From Thermococcus kodakarensis KOD1 (GTDB taxonomy: Archaea > Methanobacteriota_B > Thermococci > Thermococcales > Thermococcaceae), in contig NC_006624.1 in NCBI RefSeq assembly GCF_000009965.1, positions 1,050,001 through 1,082,000 on the forward strand: a DNA stretch of 32,000 nt, written 5' to 3'. A program made the translations under genes and the position numbers. The notes under the pieces were generated by a model. The model saw only the letters and a list, made by a program, of their open reading frames with translations, ran no database searches and was not told the origin of the DNA. Shown here in pieces: positions 8,440 through 17,159 of this stretch. Position 1 is the first letter of the stretch. The number at the start of each line of letters is the position of its first letter.

Positions 8440-8988
8440 ATGAAGAGGCCGCTCCCGTTACTGCTGGCCTTGCTGGTTGCCACTGCAGGGTGCATGTCCG
8501 AAGGGGGTGTAAAGATGGAAAAGACCCTTGAGGTGGGCTCCGTCTTCCACGACGGGGAGTTCATACCGAAGGAATACACCTGTGAGGGCGACGATACGAA
8601 CCCGCCGATTTACATCGGCAACATCCCGGCCGAGGCCAAAAGTTTGGTCATTATCGTAGATGACCCCGACGCGCCAGCTGGAACCTTTACCCACTGGATA
8701 GCCTGGAACATACCGCCCGTTGGGGAGATACCTTCATGGGTGCCTAGGAAACCCGAAACCGACGAGCCGTTCCACATCGTCCAGGGAAAGAACGACTTCG
8801 GGAGGATAGGATACAACGGCCCCTGCCCGCCGAGGGGACACGGGGTTCACCACTACCACTTCAAGGTCTACGCCCTTGACACGGAACTTAAACTCGAACC
8901 CGGCTCCTCAAGAAAAGAGTTAGAAAAGGCCATGGAAGGCCACGTGATAGCCTGGGGAGAGGTCGTTGGGCTCTACGAGAGGAAGTGA
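8440..8988 (+). CDS. PEBP/YbhB-YbcL family protein, exported lipoprotein form
   Basis: Signal peptide MKRPLPLLLALLVATAGC, then DDPDAPAGTFTHW and GYNGPCPPRGHGVHHYHFKVYALD, which are PEBP signatures. The long N-terminal extension from 8254 is rejected. Confidence 0.9.
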   Translation: MKRPLPLLLALLVATAGCMSEGGVKMEKTLEVGSVFHDGEFIPKEYTCEGDDTNPPIYIGNIPAEAKSLVIIVDDPDAPAGTFTHWIAWNIPPVGEIPSWVPRKPETDEPFHIVQGKNDFGRIGYNGPCPPRGHGVHHYHFKVYALDTELKLEPGSSRKELEKAMEGHVIAWGEVVGLYERK

Positions 8989-8991
8989 GGT

Positions 8992-9243
8992 TTACTTTTC
9001 CATAAGCTTAACCACGAGGTTTATGGCGCTCTGGAAAGCCGAGAGGAAGTTCAGCGTGAAGAATATCCAGTCGCCTATTATCCAGGAGTATATCGTCAGC
9101 AGGGTCGCCGCCGTGACGTAAATCACTATGAACTTCATGTTGAGGGGGCACTTCCTCGTTTTTACCGTTTCCCATGTCTGGGGAACCCACGCGCTCACCA
9201 GCAGGAGCATTCCAAGAAGTCCGATTATCTCTCCGCCGTTCAT
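8992..9243 (-). CDS. 3-TM PQ-loop / SemiSWEET-like membrane protein (83 aa)
   Basis: Three predicted TM helices with WVPQTWETVKTRK after TM1 (PQ motif followed by a basic loop). GGTGA SD lies 5 nt upstream of ATG 9243. Confidence 0.65.
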   Translation of the reverse strand: MNGGEIIGLLGMLLLVSAWVPQTWETVKTRKCPLNMKFIVIYVTAATLLTIYSWIIGDWIFFTLNFLSAFQSAINLVVKLMEK

Positions 9244-9343
9244 TTTTCTCACCGGGCCCAGAAAAGGAAAGCCCTAAAAAAGCCTTGTGGAGGGATTCTT
9301 GTAAAATTCATCCAGCCAAATGTGAATCTTTGAAAAAAGAAAG

Positions 9344-9808
9344 TTAAAGCTTGTTCGCGAGCCTTGAGGTCGCCCAGGTCTTAACGTCCTCATCGAGGAT
9401 GTTCTCTATTATCTCCATGGCCTGTGCAACCTCACCTTTCTCGGCCAGCTTCAGGGCAACCTCCGCCTCGACCTTTGCCCTGTTCGATAAGTCGGAAATG
9501 TACTCGGCTATTTTCAGGGCGTCGTCAACCATTCCCAGCTCAAGGAGGTCAAAGGCCAGCCCCATCAGCGTCTTGGTGCTCTCGTTCTGGCCGGTGACGT
9601 TCATAGCGGCCTCTATTGCCCTGGTGAGTGCTTTAGAATAATCCTCTCCAGCTTTGACGAGCTCGACAACAATCTGGTTCAGGGCCATTGACTTGACCTT
9701 GTTATCTGGAATCTTTTCAACGAGTTCAAGGGCCTCATCAAACCTGTGGGACTTTACGAGCTTCATGACCCCATCGTAAAGTGCCCGAGAGCGGTACCAT
9801 TCCTGCAT
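9344..9808 (-). CDS. Hypothetical all-helical repeat protein (TPR/HEAT-like)
   Basis: 154-aa ORF from ATG 9808; the track start at 9823 is TTG. It has a repeating A/L-rich helix-pair pattern. Confidence 0.65.
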   Translation of the reverse strand: MQEWYRSRALYDGVMKLVKSHRFDEALELVEKIPDNKVKSMALNQIVVELVKAGEDYSKALTRAIEAAMNVTGQNESTKTLMGLAFDLLELGMVDDALKIAEYISDLSNRAKVEAEVALKLAEKGEVAQAMEIIENILDEDVKTWATSRLANKL

Positions 9809-9865
9809 GGGAGTCCCCCACAATTATTAACGCCCAAAGTTTATAACGTCTTTCCCGAGCTAATA

Positions 9866-10462
9866 ATGGTGGTAAACGTGAAAAAAACTGGAATACTGCT
9901 GATGCTCCTGGTCTTGGTGGGGTTTGCCTCCGCCTGTCTGAGTTCTGATTCAAATACCTCCAGCCAGACGTCCACAGAATCTCCAAAATACGTGGACGTG
10001 AATGGAACGAGAATTTACCTGGATCAGATACATTTTTACATGTACGGTATGAAGACCTGTCCTCACTGCAGGCATATGAAAGAGTGGATTCCTGAAGAAT
10101 TTGGGGCAGATTCACTCACGTATTATGAGCTTGTAAATGACGAGACTAACTCAGAGCTTTTTGGACAGCTTGCACAGCTAACAGGCATAACCGGTGTTCC
10201 CGCTATCGCAATAACTTACAACGGTACTATACAGGCAATATTTGAGGGGGAGTTCAACGTCTCTGCAACACCTGAGATTGTTGCAACTGCTATGAATGCA
10301 AATGGAGTTATCCTTTTCATTGGGGGTGAATGGTATCTTTTGGCCCGGGATAATCCAAGGTCAGAGACGCTCATCGATGCCCTTCAGACGATTTTCGTAG
10401 AGCACGAAAGCGTCGATGTTCAGAGCGTTCTGACAAAGCTGAAGTCTAACTCAACGGGTTGA
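9866..10462 (+). CDS. Exported thioredoxin-fold lipoprotein with CPHC active site
   Basis: Signal peptide with lipobox (LVGFASAC), MKTCPHCRHMKEW, a cis-Pro loop TGVPAI and five sequons. The N-terminal extension from 9746 overlaps the divergent gene and is rejected. Confidence 0.8.
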   Translation: MVVNVKKTGILLMLLVLVGFASACLSSDSNTSSQTSTESPKYVDVNGTRIYLDQIHFYMYGMKTCPHCRHMKEWIPEEFGADSLTYYELVNDETNSELFGQLAQLTGITGVPAIAITYNGTIQAIFEGEFNVSATPEIVATAMNANGVILFIGGEWYLLARDNPRSETLIDALQTIFVEHESVDVQSVLTKLKSNSTG

Positions 10463-10526
10463 AACCTCTTGTTCTCAACTTTTTGTTTTAGAAATCCAGA
10501 AAAAGGACCGTTCCGAGCATACCATC

Positions 10527-11255
10527 ATGAGGGGAGAAATTAAACTGCTGTCAGTAATCCTAGTGCTGTCCTTCGGAATCAGCGCACTTGCTCTATACCT
10601 GCTGGGAATCCCCTGGTTCATCCCCCAGTTCTATGCCCTATCAATGAGCGACTCCATAAACCCCTGTACCTTTGTAATATACACAATGCTCCTGATAGCG
10701 CTGTCAGTTAGAAAAGTTGAGAAGAAGCAGCTTTACATCGTTGGCTCCGCGTTCATCCTGGCCGTCTACATCTCATACTACCTTCTCGGAGTCGGTCTCC
10801 TGTACCTTGGACAGTACATCCCCCTCTGGTTCGCGGGCTTCCTGGCAATAGCGTTTGGAGTTTACACCATTGTTACCGGTATCATGGAAAAGTCGAGGAT
10901 AGCTGACAAGAAGGGCATTAGGAAGAAGATGTTCAGTACAGAGGCAACTTTTATGAGCTCTTTCTTCCTCGGTGTCGTGGTCTCGACCACGCTACTTCCG
11001 TGCTCCGCGGGAAGTTATCTCGTCTATGCAACGATTATATCCCACGGCAGCAGGGCGCTCGCCTTCCTTCTCCTGGCCCTCTACAACGTAATTTTCGTCC
11101 TGCCGTTGGTGCTCATCCTGCTCACTATGGGAAGCATCTCGGAGAGCAAGCGCTTCTCCCAGGCCCTCGTCAGGCACAGCAGGGAGCTTTCGGTCGTCGC
11201 TGGAATACTCCTGATAGGAATTGGAGTGTGGGTTCTCATGGGGGGCTCGGTTTAG
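10527..11255 (+). CDS. ccdA: CcdA/DsbD-family transmembrane thiol-disulfide electron transporter
   Basis: Six-TM protein with the two signature intramembrane Cys motifs, SINPCTF (TM1) and LLPCSAG (TM4). Confidence 0.85.
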   Translation: MRGEIKLLSVILVLSFGISALALYLLGIPWFIPQFYALSMSDSINPCTFVIYTMLLIALSVRKVEKKQLYIVGSAFILAVYISYYLLGVGLLYLGQYIPLWFAGFLAIAFGVYTIVTGIMEKSRIADKKGIRKKMFSTEATFMSSFFLGVVVSTTLLPCSAGSYLVYATIISHGSRALAFLLLALYNVIFVLPLVLILLTMGSISESKRFSQALVRHSRELSVVAGILLIGIGVWVLMGGSV

Positions 11256-11713
11256 AACACCCTCGCGTAGCCCCACTTCCTGACACTGGTCAGTATTGAG
11301 GTCTCCGTGCTCTTTATCCCATCTATGCTCCCCAGCTTCTCGATTAAGAAGTCTTCAAGCTCCTTCAAATCCCTAACTGTGACCTGCATCAGTATGTCGT
11401 GAGCCCCCGTGGCAATACCGAGAACATCCACCTCTGGGAGCTTGCTCAGTCTCTCTACAGCCTCCTTCACCTTACCCGGCTCGGCATCGACCGCTATGAA
11501 AGCCACTATTGAATAGCCTGCCTTAAACGGGTTTATGAGGGCCGCAAACTTTCGTATAACTCCTTTTTCTACGAGCCTCTTGACCCTGAGCCTGACGGTG
11601 GATTCCGGAACTCCTATTCTCCGCGCAATCTCGGAGTAGCTCGCCCGTCCGTCCTCCTGGAGGATACGGAGTATTGACCTGTCGAGTGCATCAAGCTCTT
11701 CTGTATTCGCCAT
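11252..11713 (-). CDS. Lrp/AsnC-family transcriptional regulator
   Basis: N-terminal wHTH LDRSILRILQEDGRASYSEIARRIGVPESTVRLRVKRL and a C-terminal RAM/ACT-like domain. Confidence 0.9.
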   Translation of the reverse strand: MANTEELDALDRSILRILQEDGRASYSEIARRIGVPESTVRLRVKRLVEKGVIRKFAALINPFKAGYSIVAFIAVDAEPGKVKEAVERLSKLPEVDVLGIATGAHDILMQVTVRDLKELEDFLIEKLGSIDGIKSTETSILTSVRKWGYARVF

Positions 11714-11834
11714 TATTTGCCCACCATTTTGACTAATTTAGCATTTAGTTCATAAGTATTTCTACTAAATTCGCAATTTTTAGGCGAAAATGCTATTAGT
11801 TTCAAACGCATATAACAGTTAGGTGAGAACCGGC

Positions 11835-13166
11835 ATGACTCCTGAAGAGGTCGTTGAGAGGTATTCACAGGTCATCTCCCGGGCGTCCCACGTTACGTAC
11901 GTGCCCATTGTTCCGTCCCGGGCCGAAAACGCCCTCGTGTGGGACATTGAAGGGAGGGCATACATAGACTTCCTTGCAGATGCCGCCGTCCAGAACGTTG
12001 GACACAACAACCCCAGGGTTGTTGAGGCTGTGAAGAAAACTGCCGATAGATTGCTCCACTTCACGTTCATTTATGGGTTCCCGGTCGAGCCTCTTCTTCT
12101 CGCCGAGAAGTTAAGGGAGATAGCGCCGCTCGAGGGGGCAAAGGTCGCCTTTGGCCTGAGCGGGAGCGACGCAAACGACGGTGCGATAAAGTTCGCCAGG
12201 GCCTACACTGGCAGGCGTTCGATCATCGGATATCTTAGGAGCTATTACGGTTCCACCTACGGTGCAATGAGCGTTACAGGCCTCGACTTCGAAGTGCGCT
12301 CAAAGGTGGGACAGCTCAGCGATGTCCACTTCATACCTTTTCCAAACTGCTATCGCTGTCCGTTTGGCAAAGAACCGGGAAAATGCAGGATGGAATGCGT
12401 CTCCTTCCTAAAGGAAAAATTTGAGGGAGAAGTGCACGCCGAAGGAACTGCCGCGCTGATAGCGGAGGCAATTCAGGGCGACGCGGGAATGGTGGTGCCA
12501 CCTGAAAACTACTTCAAGAAACTCAAAAGGATACTTGATGAACACGGCATACTGCTCGTCGTTGATGAGGTTCAGAGCGGTCTGGGAAGGACTGGAAAGT
12601 GGTTCGCCATAGAGCACTTCGGCGTCGAGCCCGAGATCATAACACTCGCAAAGCCCCTGGGCGGCGGACTTCCCATAAGCGCAATAGTCGGTAGAGGGGA
12701 GATAATGGACTCGTTACCCCCACTGGGACATGCGTTCACGATGTCGGGCAACCCGGTTGCGAGCGCCGCCGCTCTGGCAGTAATCGAGGAGATAGAAGAG
12801 AAAGAGCTGCTCAAAAGGGCTCAAATACTTGGAGAGAGGGCAAAGAGAAGACTGGAGAAAATGAAAAAGAAACACGAGCTGATAGGTGATGTCCGCGGAC
12901 TGGGCCTCATGTTGGGTGTTGACCTCGTGAAGGATAGGGAAACAAAGGAAAGGGCATACGATGAGGCCAAAAAGGTTGTCTGGAGGGCCTACGAGCTGGG
13001 CCTGATTGTGGCCTTTCTCCAGGGCAACGTCCTTAGGATTGAACCACCTCTGACCATCGAGGAAGAAGTGCTTGATGAGGGATTAGACAAGCTCGAGGAG
13101 GCAATAGAGGACGTTGAAGAAGGTCGCGTACCTGATGAAGTCATTGAGAAAGTGCAGGGATGGTAA
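11835..13166 (+). CDS. Class-III PLP-dependent aminotransferase family (GABA/ornithine-AT-like; could be an amino-acid racemase of this family)
   Basis: [28 protein letters not shown] and the catalytic Lys context [19 protein letters not shown] lies upstream of ATG 11835. Confidence 0.9.
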
Positions 13167-13242
13167 TTAACAATTTCCTGTTTATTCTTACCTCATCCGA
13201 AAACTTTTTAAACAAAAACCAACACAGCCCGAGCGGGCTTTA

Positions 13243-14544
13243 ATGGAGAATGTCGAAGTTGTTGAGAAGCCGGTTCTGAAAGTTGGAATAGAGGAAAAGG
13301 TCGAGCCTGCGAAGGCTTTCGTTTTTGGGCTTCAGCACGTCCTTGCAATGTTCGGAGCCACAGTTACAGTGCCGCTGGTCGTCGGCGGAGCAGTTGGGCT
13401 CAGCGGAGACCAGATAGCCATGATGATACAGGCGGTTCTTTTAGCTATGGGCATAGCGACGCTCCTTCAGACTATCATCGGAACCCGCTACCCAATAGTC
13501 CAGGGATCGAGCTTCGCCTTCATTCCCGGGCTGATATCGATAGGTTCGACCATCGGCATGGCTGCCGTTCAAGGTGCACTGATAGTCGGCGGACTGATAG
13601 AAGGGCTTGTGGGCTGGCTCGGCATCATAGGTAAGGTCAGAAAACTTTTCACGCCGCTCGTCACTGGGGTAACAATAACCCTCATAGGCTTCAGCCTCGC
13701 CAACGTCGCGCTGATGAACTTCTTCAACGCGTACGCAGACCCGAACGGCACAAACGTCTGGAAGGCAGTGCTCGTAGCCACGGTCACGTTCCTCACGACC
13801 GTCTTCGTGGCACTCAAAGCGAAGGGAAGCCTAAAGGCCATGCCTGTGGTCGTGGGCGCGGCTGTAGGATACTTAATCAGCATTCCACTCGGGCTTACCA
13901 ACTTCAGCCTCATCGAGAGCCTTCCTATGCTCAGCATCCCCAAGCCGTTTCCATGGGGAGCGCCTGTCTTTGATACAGCTGCAATAGCCATACTGCTCTT
14001 CGCATTCATGGTCAGCATAATCGAGAGCGTCGGTGACTACCACGCCATAGCGACCGTAACGGGCGCGGAGATAACGGAGAAGCACATCGGAAGGGGCATA
14101 GGAACAGAAGGGCTGGCGTGCTCGATAGCTGGCTTTCTCGGTGCCTGCGGAACAACGAGCTATTCCGAGAATATAGGTGTAGTCGCTTTAACGAAAGTGG
14201 GTAGCAGGCACGTGGTTCAGGTTGGGGCTATAATACTGATATTCCTCTCCCTGTTCCCGAAGTTCGCGGGATTGCTCGCCTCGATGCCGGCTCCGGTGCT
14301 CGGCGGCCTGACCCTGGCACTCTACGGGATGATAAGCGTCACTGGCCTTAGGCTGATAAAGGAAAAGGTGGAGTTCACTGACAGGAACGTCCTCATTCTA
14401 GCAGCGGCGCTGATAGCGGGCCTCGGCGCACCCCAGCTCCCAGAGAGTCTGTTCCACGCTCTACCAAGAATACTCTCCAGCATACTCGAGTCCGGGATGG
14501 CCGTTGGGGCGATAACGGCGATAATTCTTGAGAGAATTCTCTAA
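13243..14544 (+). CDS. NCS2-family nucleobase (uracil/xanthine) permease
   Basis: FGLQHVLAMFGATVTVPL signature, about 12-13 TM helices and SYSENIGV. Confidence 0.9.
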   Translation: MENVEVVEKPVLKVGIEEKVEPAKAFVFGLQHVLAMFGATVTVPLVVGGAVGLSGDQIAMMIQAVLLAMGIATLLQTIIGTRYPIVQGSSFAFIPGLISIGSTIGMAAVQGALIVGGLIEGLVGWLGIIGKVRKLFTPLVTGVTITLIGFSLANVALMNFFNAYADPNGTNVWKAVLVATVTFLTTVFVALKAKGSLKAMPVVVGAAVGYLISIPLGLTNFSLIESLPMLSIPKPFPWGAPVFDTAAIAILLFAFMVSIIESVGDYHAIATVTGAEITEKHIGRGIGTEGLACSIAGFLGACGTTSYSENIGVVALTKVGSRHVVQVGAIILIFLSLFPKFAGLLASMPAPVLGGLTLALYGMISVTGLRLIKEKVEFTDRNVLILAAALIAGLGAPQLPESLFHALPRILSSILESGMAVGAITAIILERIL

Positions 14545-14547
14545 TCC

Positions 14548-14559
14548 TTTTCTTCTTTT
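14548..14559 (+). terminator. Oligo-T terminator candidate
   Basis: TTTTCTTCTTTT lies immediately after the permease stop codon. Confidence 0.4.
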
Positions 14560-14600
14560 GCATCTTTACCACTCTAAAAGCCAAAAAGGAATGAAAAACC

Positions 14601-15224
14601 TCAATAAACAACTATCCGAGTATCGTACTCTGGCTTCTGGCCTTTCGGCTCCAGTTCATCCGGAAGCTTTGAGAAGGCAATTATCTGGAATACTTGTGCT
14701 ATCAGGAGCAGAAGGACGCCAACGAGGATTATCAGGGTTATAGCGCCCCATTTGAGAAACGTTGCGACCTGGTTGAACTCCTCAACGCCGGTTATTTCGT
14801 AGGTCGCGCGCCAGGCCTGAATCTGAAGGTACACCGCCAGAATCACGACCAAAAGTATCAGAAGCACTCCAGATATCGCCATTATTAGCCCGGAGATACC
14901 CAGATGGTTGTGGATATTCCTGAAAGCTATCATTGAATTGGACACAAAAAATACGCCCACCACAAGAAGGACCAGTGCCAAAACCATTCCTATTATGATA
15001 ACGACCGTGGAGTAGAGGTAGTATCTGAATGGTCTGTCGTCATTGAGCTTGGTGCTGATGCCGTGGAGTGCCAGGAGAACAAGGATAAACCCAATGAATG
15101 AAACCAAGTTCGAGAAAGCAACAACCGGCCATGTTTTAATTGCTCCGTCACCCAAACCTCCCAGCAGAGTTAGAATCGAGCCGAGGAGGCCGAGTGTCTT
15201 TTCGGTTCTTAAATCAACGGGCAT
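14601..15224 (-). CDS. Polytopic membrane protein, DUF996-like (family recalled from memory)
   Basis: 207-aa ORF with about 6 TM helices. TTTTTAAG TATA (minus) lies about 30 nt upstream. T-tracts follow the stop. Confidence 0.7.
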   Translation of the reverse strand: MPVDLRTEKTLGLLGSILTLLGGLGDGAIKTWPVVAFSNLVSFIGFILVLLALHGISTKLNDDRPFRYYLYSTVVIIIGMVLALVLLVVGVFFVSNSMIAFRNIHNHLGISGLIMAISGVLLILLVVILAVYLQIQAWRATYEITGVEEFNQVATFLKWGAITLIILVGVLLLLIAQVFQIIAFSKLPDELEPKGQKPEYDTRIVVY

Positions 15225-15295
15225 AATACCACCGGTATTAATACGATGCTTGGCTTAAAAATACTATCGCCAGAAGTTGTAAGAATAGAGGCCGC

Positions 15296-15307
15296 GGAAA
15301 AGAAAAT
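15296..15307 (-). terminator. Oligo-T terminator candidate for the mbx operon
   Basis: The minus strand reads CCCCATTTTCTTTTCC directly after the mbxN stop. Confidence 0.4.
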
Positions 15308-15314
15308 GGGGAAG

Positions 15315-15968
15315 TCACTCCTTCTTCTCCTCAGCCTTGGGCCCTTCCTTTTTCTCCGCGGGTTTGGCCGCGGGCTTCGCCGGCGGCTTCGGCGGCCGGA
15401 GGCCGTAGCCGAGTATCTTGAACTGTATCGTTGAGCCGTCGCGGAGGTAGTAGGTTACCTCCCTCGTCTCTTTGTTGAACTTTATCCTCTCAACCGGGAA
15501 GCGGTAGTCGTTGAACTTCTCGTTGAGCTCTCTAACCTTGTCGGGGTGGATCGGGACCCAGTCGTAAAGCTCCAGATCTTCTTCAAGGCCGCCAGTGGTC
15601 AAGTAGTAGTTCTCGCTGAAGCCGAGCGCTCCCGTCGGACAGACGTCAACGCAGAACTGGCAGAAAGTACACCTGCCGTAGTCCACCTTCGGGTGAGGCC
15701 TGGTGGCGATGTGGCCGTTCACTTCTATCCAAGTCATCTCTATTGCCCTTGCCGGGCATATCTGGCCGCAGAAGTTACAGCCCACACACTTCTTCCAGTC
15801 GAGTGTGTGGAAGCCCCTGTACTTTGGTGCCGGCTCTATCTTCTCGTAGGGTATCTTTATTGTGACGGGCTTCTTGAAGAGGTACTTGATGCCCATCCAG
15901 GGCTTGATGAAGGACTTCTTGAGCTTGACCTTTTCCTCACCAACGACTCTCGCGGGCATCTTCATCAC
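15315..15968 (-). CDS. mbxN: Mbx/MBS subunit N (NuoI-like 2x[4Fe-4S] ferredoxin subunit)
   Basis: CVGCNFCGQICP and CTFCQFCVDVCP motifs. Last gene of the operon. It has a Pro/Lys/Ala-rich C-terminal tail. Confidence 0.88.
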   Translation of the reverse strand: MMKMPARVVGEEKVKLKKSFIKPWMGIKYLFKKPVTIKIPYEKIEPAPKYRGFHTLDWKKCVGCNFCGQICPARAIEMTWIEVNGHIATRPHPKVDYGRCTFCQFCVDVCPTGALGFSENYYLTTGGLEEDLELYDWVPIHPDKVRELNEKFNDYRFPVERIKFNKETREVTYYLRDGSTIQFKILGYGLRPPKPPAKPAAKPAEKKEGPKAEEKKE

Positions 15969-17158
15969 CTGTCTATGTCCGGCGGACAGTTGTCAAGGGT
16001 CTTCAATATGACCGGGACATCAGCGAGGCGCGCTCCCTTCAGGAGCTCTTCAAGTACCGTAACACCGTGGCTCTGGCTTGGCCCCCTGACGTGGACGCGG
16101 TAGGGCTTGTGTGTTCCGTCGCTGACAACGAAGGCCCCAAAGTCGCCCTTGGTGCTCTCTACGTGGGCGTAGGCCTCCCCAGCTGGAGGCTTGAACCTCG
16201 GGAGGGCCTTAAGGCGGGCGTCCTGAACCATGTAAGGCCCGCTCGGCGGCCCCATGTCGAGGAGCTGTTCGAGTATGTAGAGGTCCTGCTCCATCTCGTA
16301 CCTTCTGACGAGAACCCTCGCGAGGCTGTCCCCTTCCTTGAGGACTGGAACCTCGAAGTCGAGCTGGTCGTAGAGGTAGTACGGGTCGTCCTTCCTGACG
16401 TCGTAGGGAACGCCGACTGCTCTGAGGTTCGGCCCGGTTACCGCGTGCTTAAGGGCGAACTTCTTGTCCATAACACCGACTCCCTCAGTCCTCTCGAACA
16501 TGATGTAGTTGTCAAAGAGTATCTCGTCGAAATCCTTGAGCTTGCCCTTTAGGTACTCGACGGTGTCCCTGAGCTGGCGGAGCCACTTGTCTCCAGGTAT
16601 GTCCCTCCTCACGCCGCCTGGAACGGTGTAGATGTGGTAGACTCTGCCTCCGGTGAGTTCTTCGTACAGACGCATGAACCTCTCACGGTAGGCTGCCGCC
16701 CACTGGCCGGCGGTGTAGAGGCCTATCTCGTTTCCAAAGCCCATTATCCAGAACATCCATGCGCTGAGCCTTGCCATTTCCAAGACGACCGTCCTTATCC
16801 AGATGGCCCTCTCTGGAACCTCCCAGCCGACGATCTCGTCAACGGCCATTGAGTAGATGTTCTCTGGGACATCGCTCTCGGGAACACAGATACGGAGGAG
16901 CAGGGCGATGTTGGTGAAGTATGGCCTCTGCTCGGCGAGCTTCTCAAAACCCCTGTGGAGGAAGCCTGGATTGACTATAGCTTTCTCGACCCTGTTGCCG
17001 TCCATCTTCAGGATTATGCTGAAGTTCTCCGTTGCCATGTGCTGTGGACCAAAGAACAGCTCGTAGGTGTCCTTGTCTATCGGGTGCAGGTACATGTCGT
17101 GGGCCTTCGCCTCTTCCCTAAGCTCTCTCGGAACTTCCAAATTAGCCATGATCATCAC
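15965..17158 (-). CDS. mbxL: Mbx/MBS catalytic subunit L (NuoD / [NiFe]-large-subunit-like, Ni-site cysteines partly lost)
   Basis: Similar to group-4 hydrogenase large subunits, but the N-terminal RxCGxC is RICVPES and the C-terminal DPCxxC is DNCPPDIDR. Only one Cys remains in each pair. Confidence 0.88.
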   Translation of the reverse strand: MMIMANLEVPRELREEAKAHDMYLHPIDKDTYELFFGPQHMATENFSIILKMDGNRVEKAIVNPGFLHRGFEKLAEQRPYFTNIALLLRICVPESDVPENIYSMAVDEIVGWEVPERAIWIRTVVLEMARLSAWMFWIMGFGNEIGLYTAGQWAAAYRERFMRLYEELTGGRVYHIYTVPGGVRRDIPGDKWLRQLRDTVEYLKGKLKDFDEILFDNYIMFERTEGVGVMDKKFALKHAVTGPNLRAVGVPYDVRKDDPYYLYDQLDFEVPVLKEGDSLARVLVRRYEMEQDLYILEQLLDMGPPSGPYMVQDARLKALPRFKPPAGEAYAHVESTKGDFGAFVVSDGTHKPYRVHVRGPSQSHGVTVLEELLKGARLADVPVILKTLDNCPPDIDR

Positions 17159-17159
17159 C

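Noticed and set aside
9746-9865. 40-codon N-terminal extension of the CPHC lipoprotein ORF
   Set aside because: It overlaps the divergent gene's 5' end and the shared TATA box. The signal peptide starts at 9866.
15965-17158. Annotating the large subunit as a [NiFe] hydrogenase (MbhL/EchE-like)
   Set aside because: Only one Cys remains in each of the two Ni-Fe-ligating CxxC motifs, and the operon has two antiporter-like subunits. This is the Mbx/MBS pattern.
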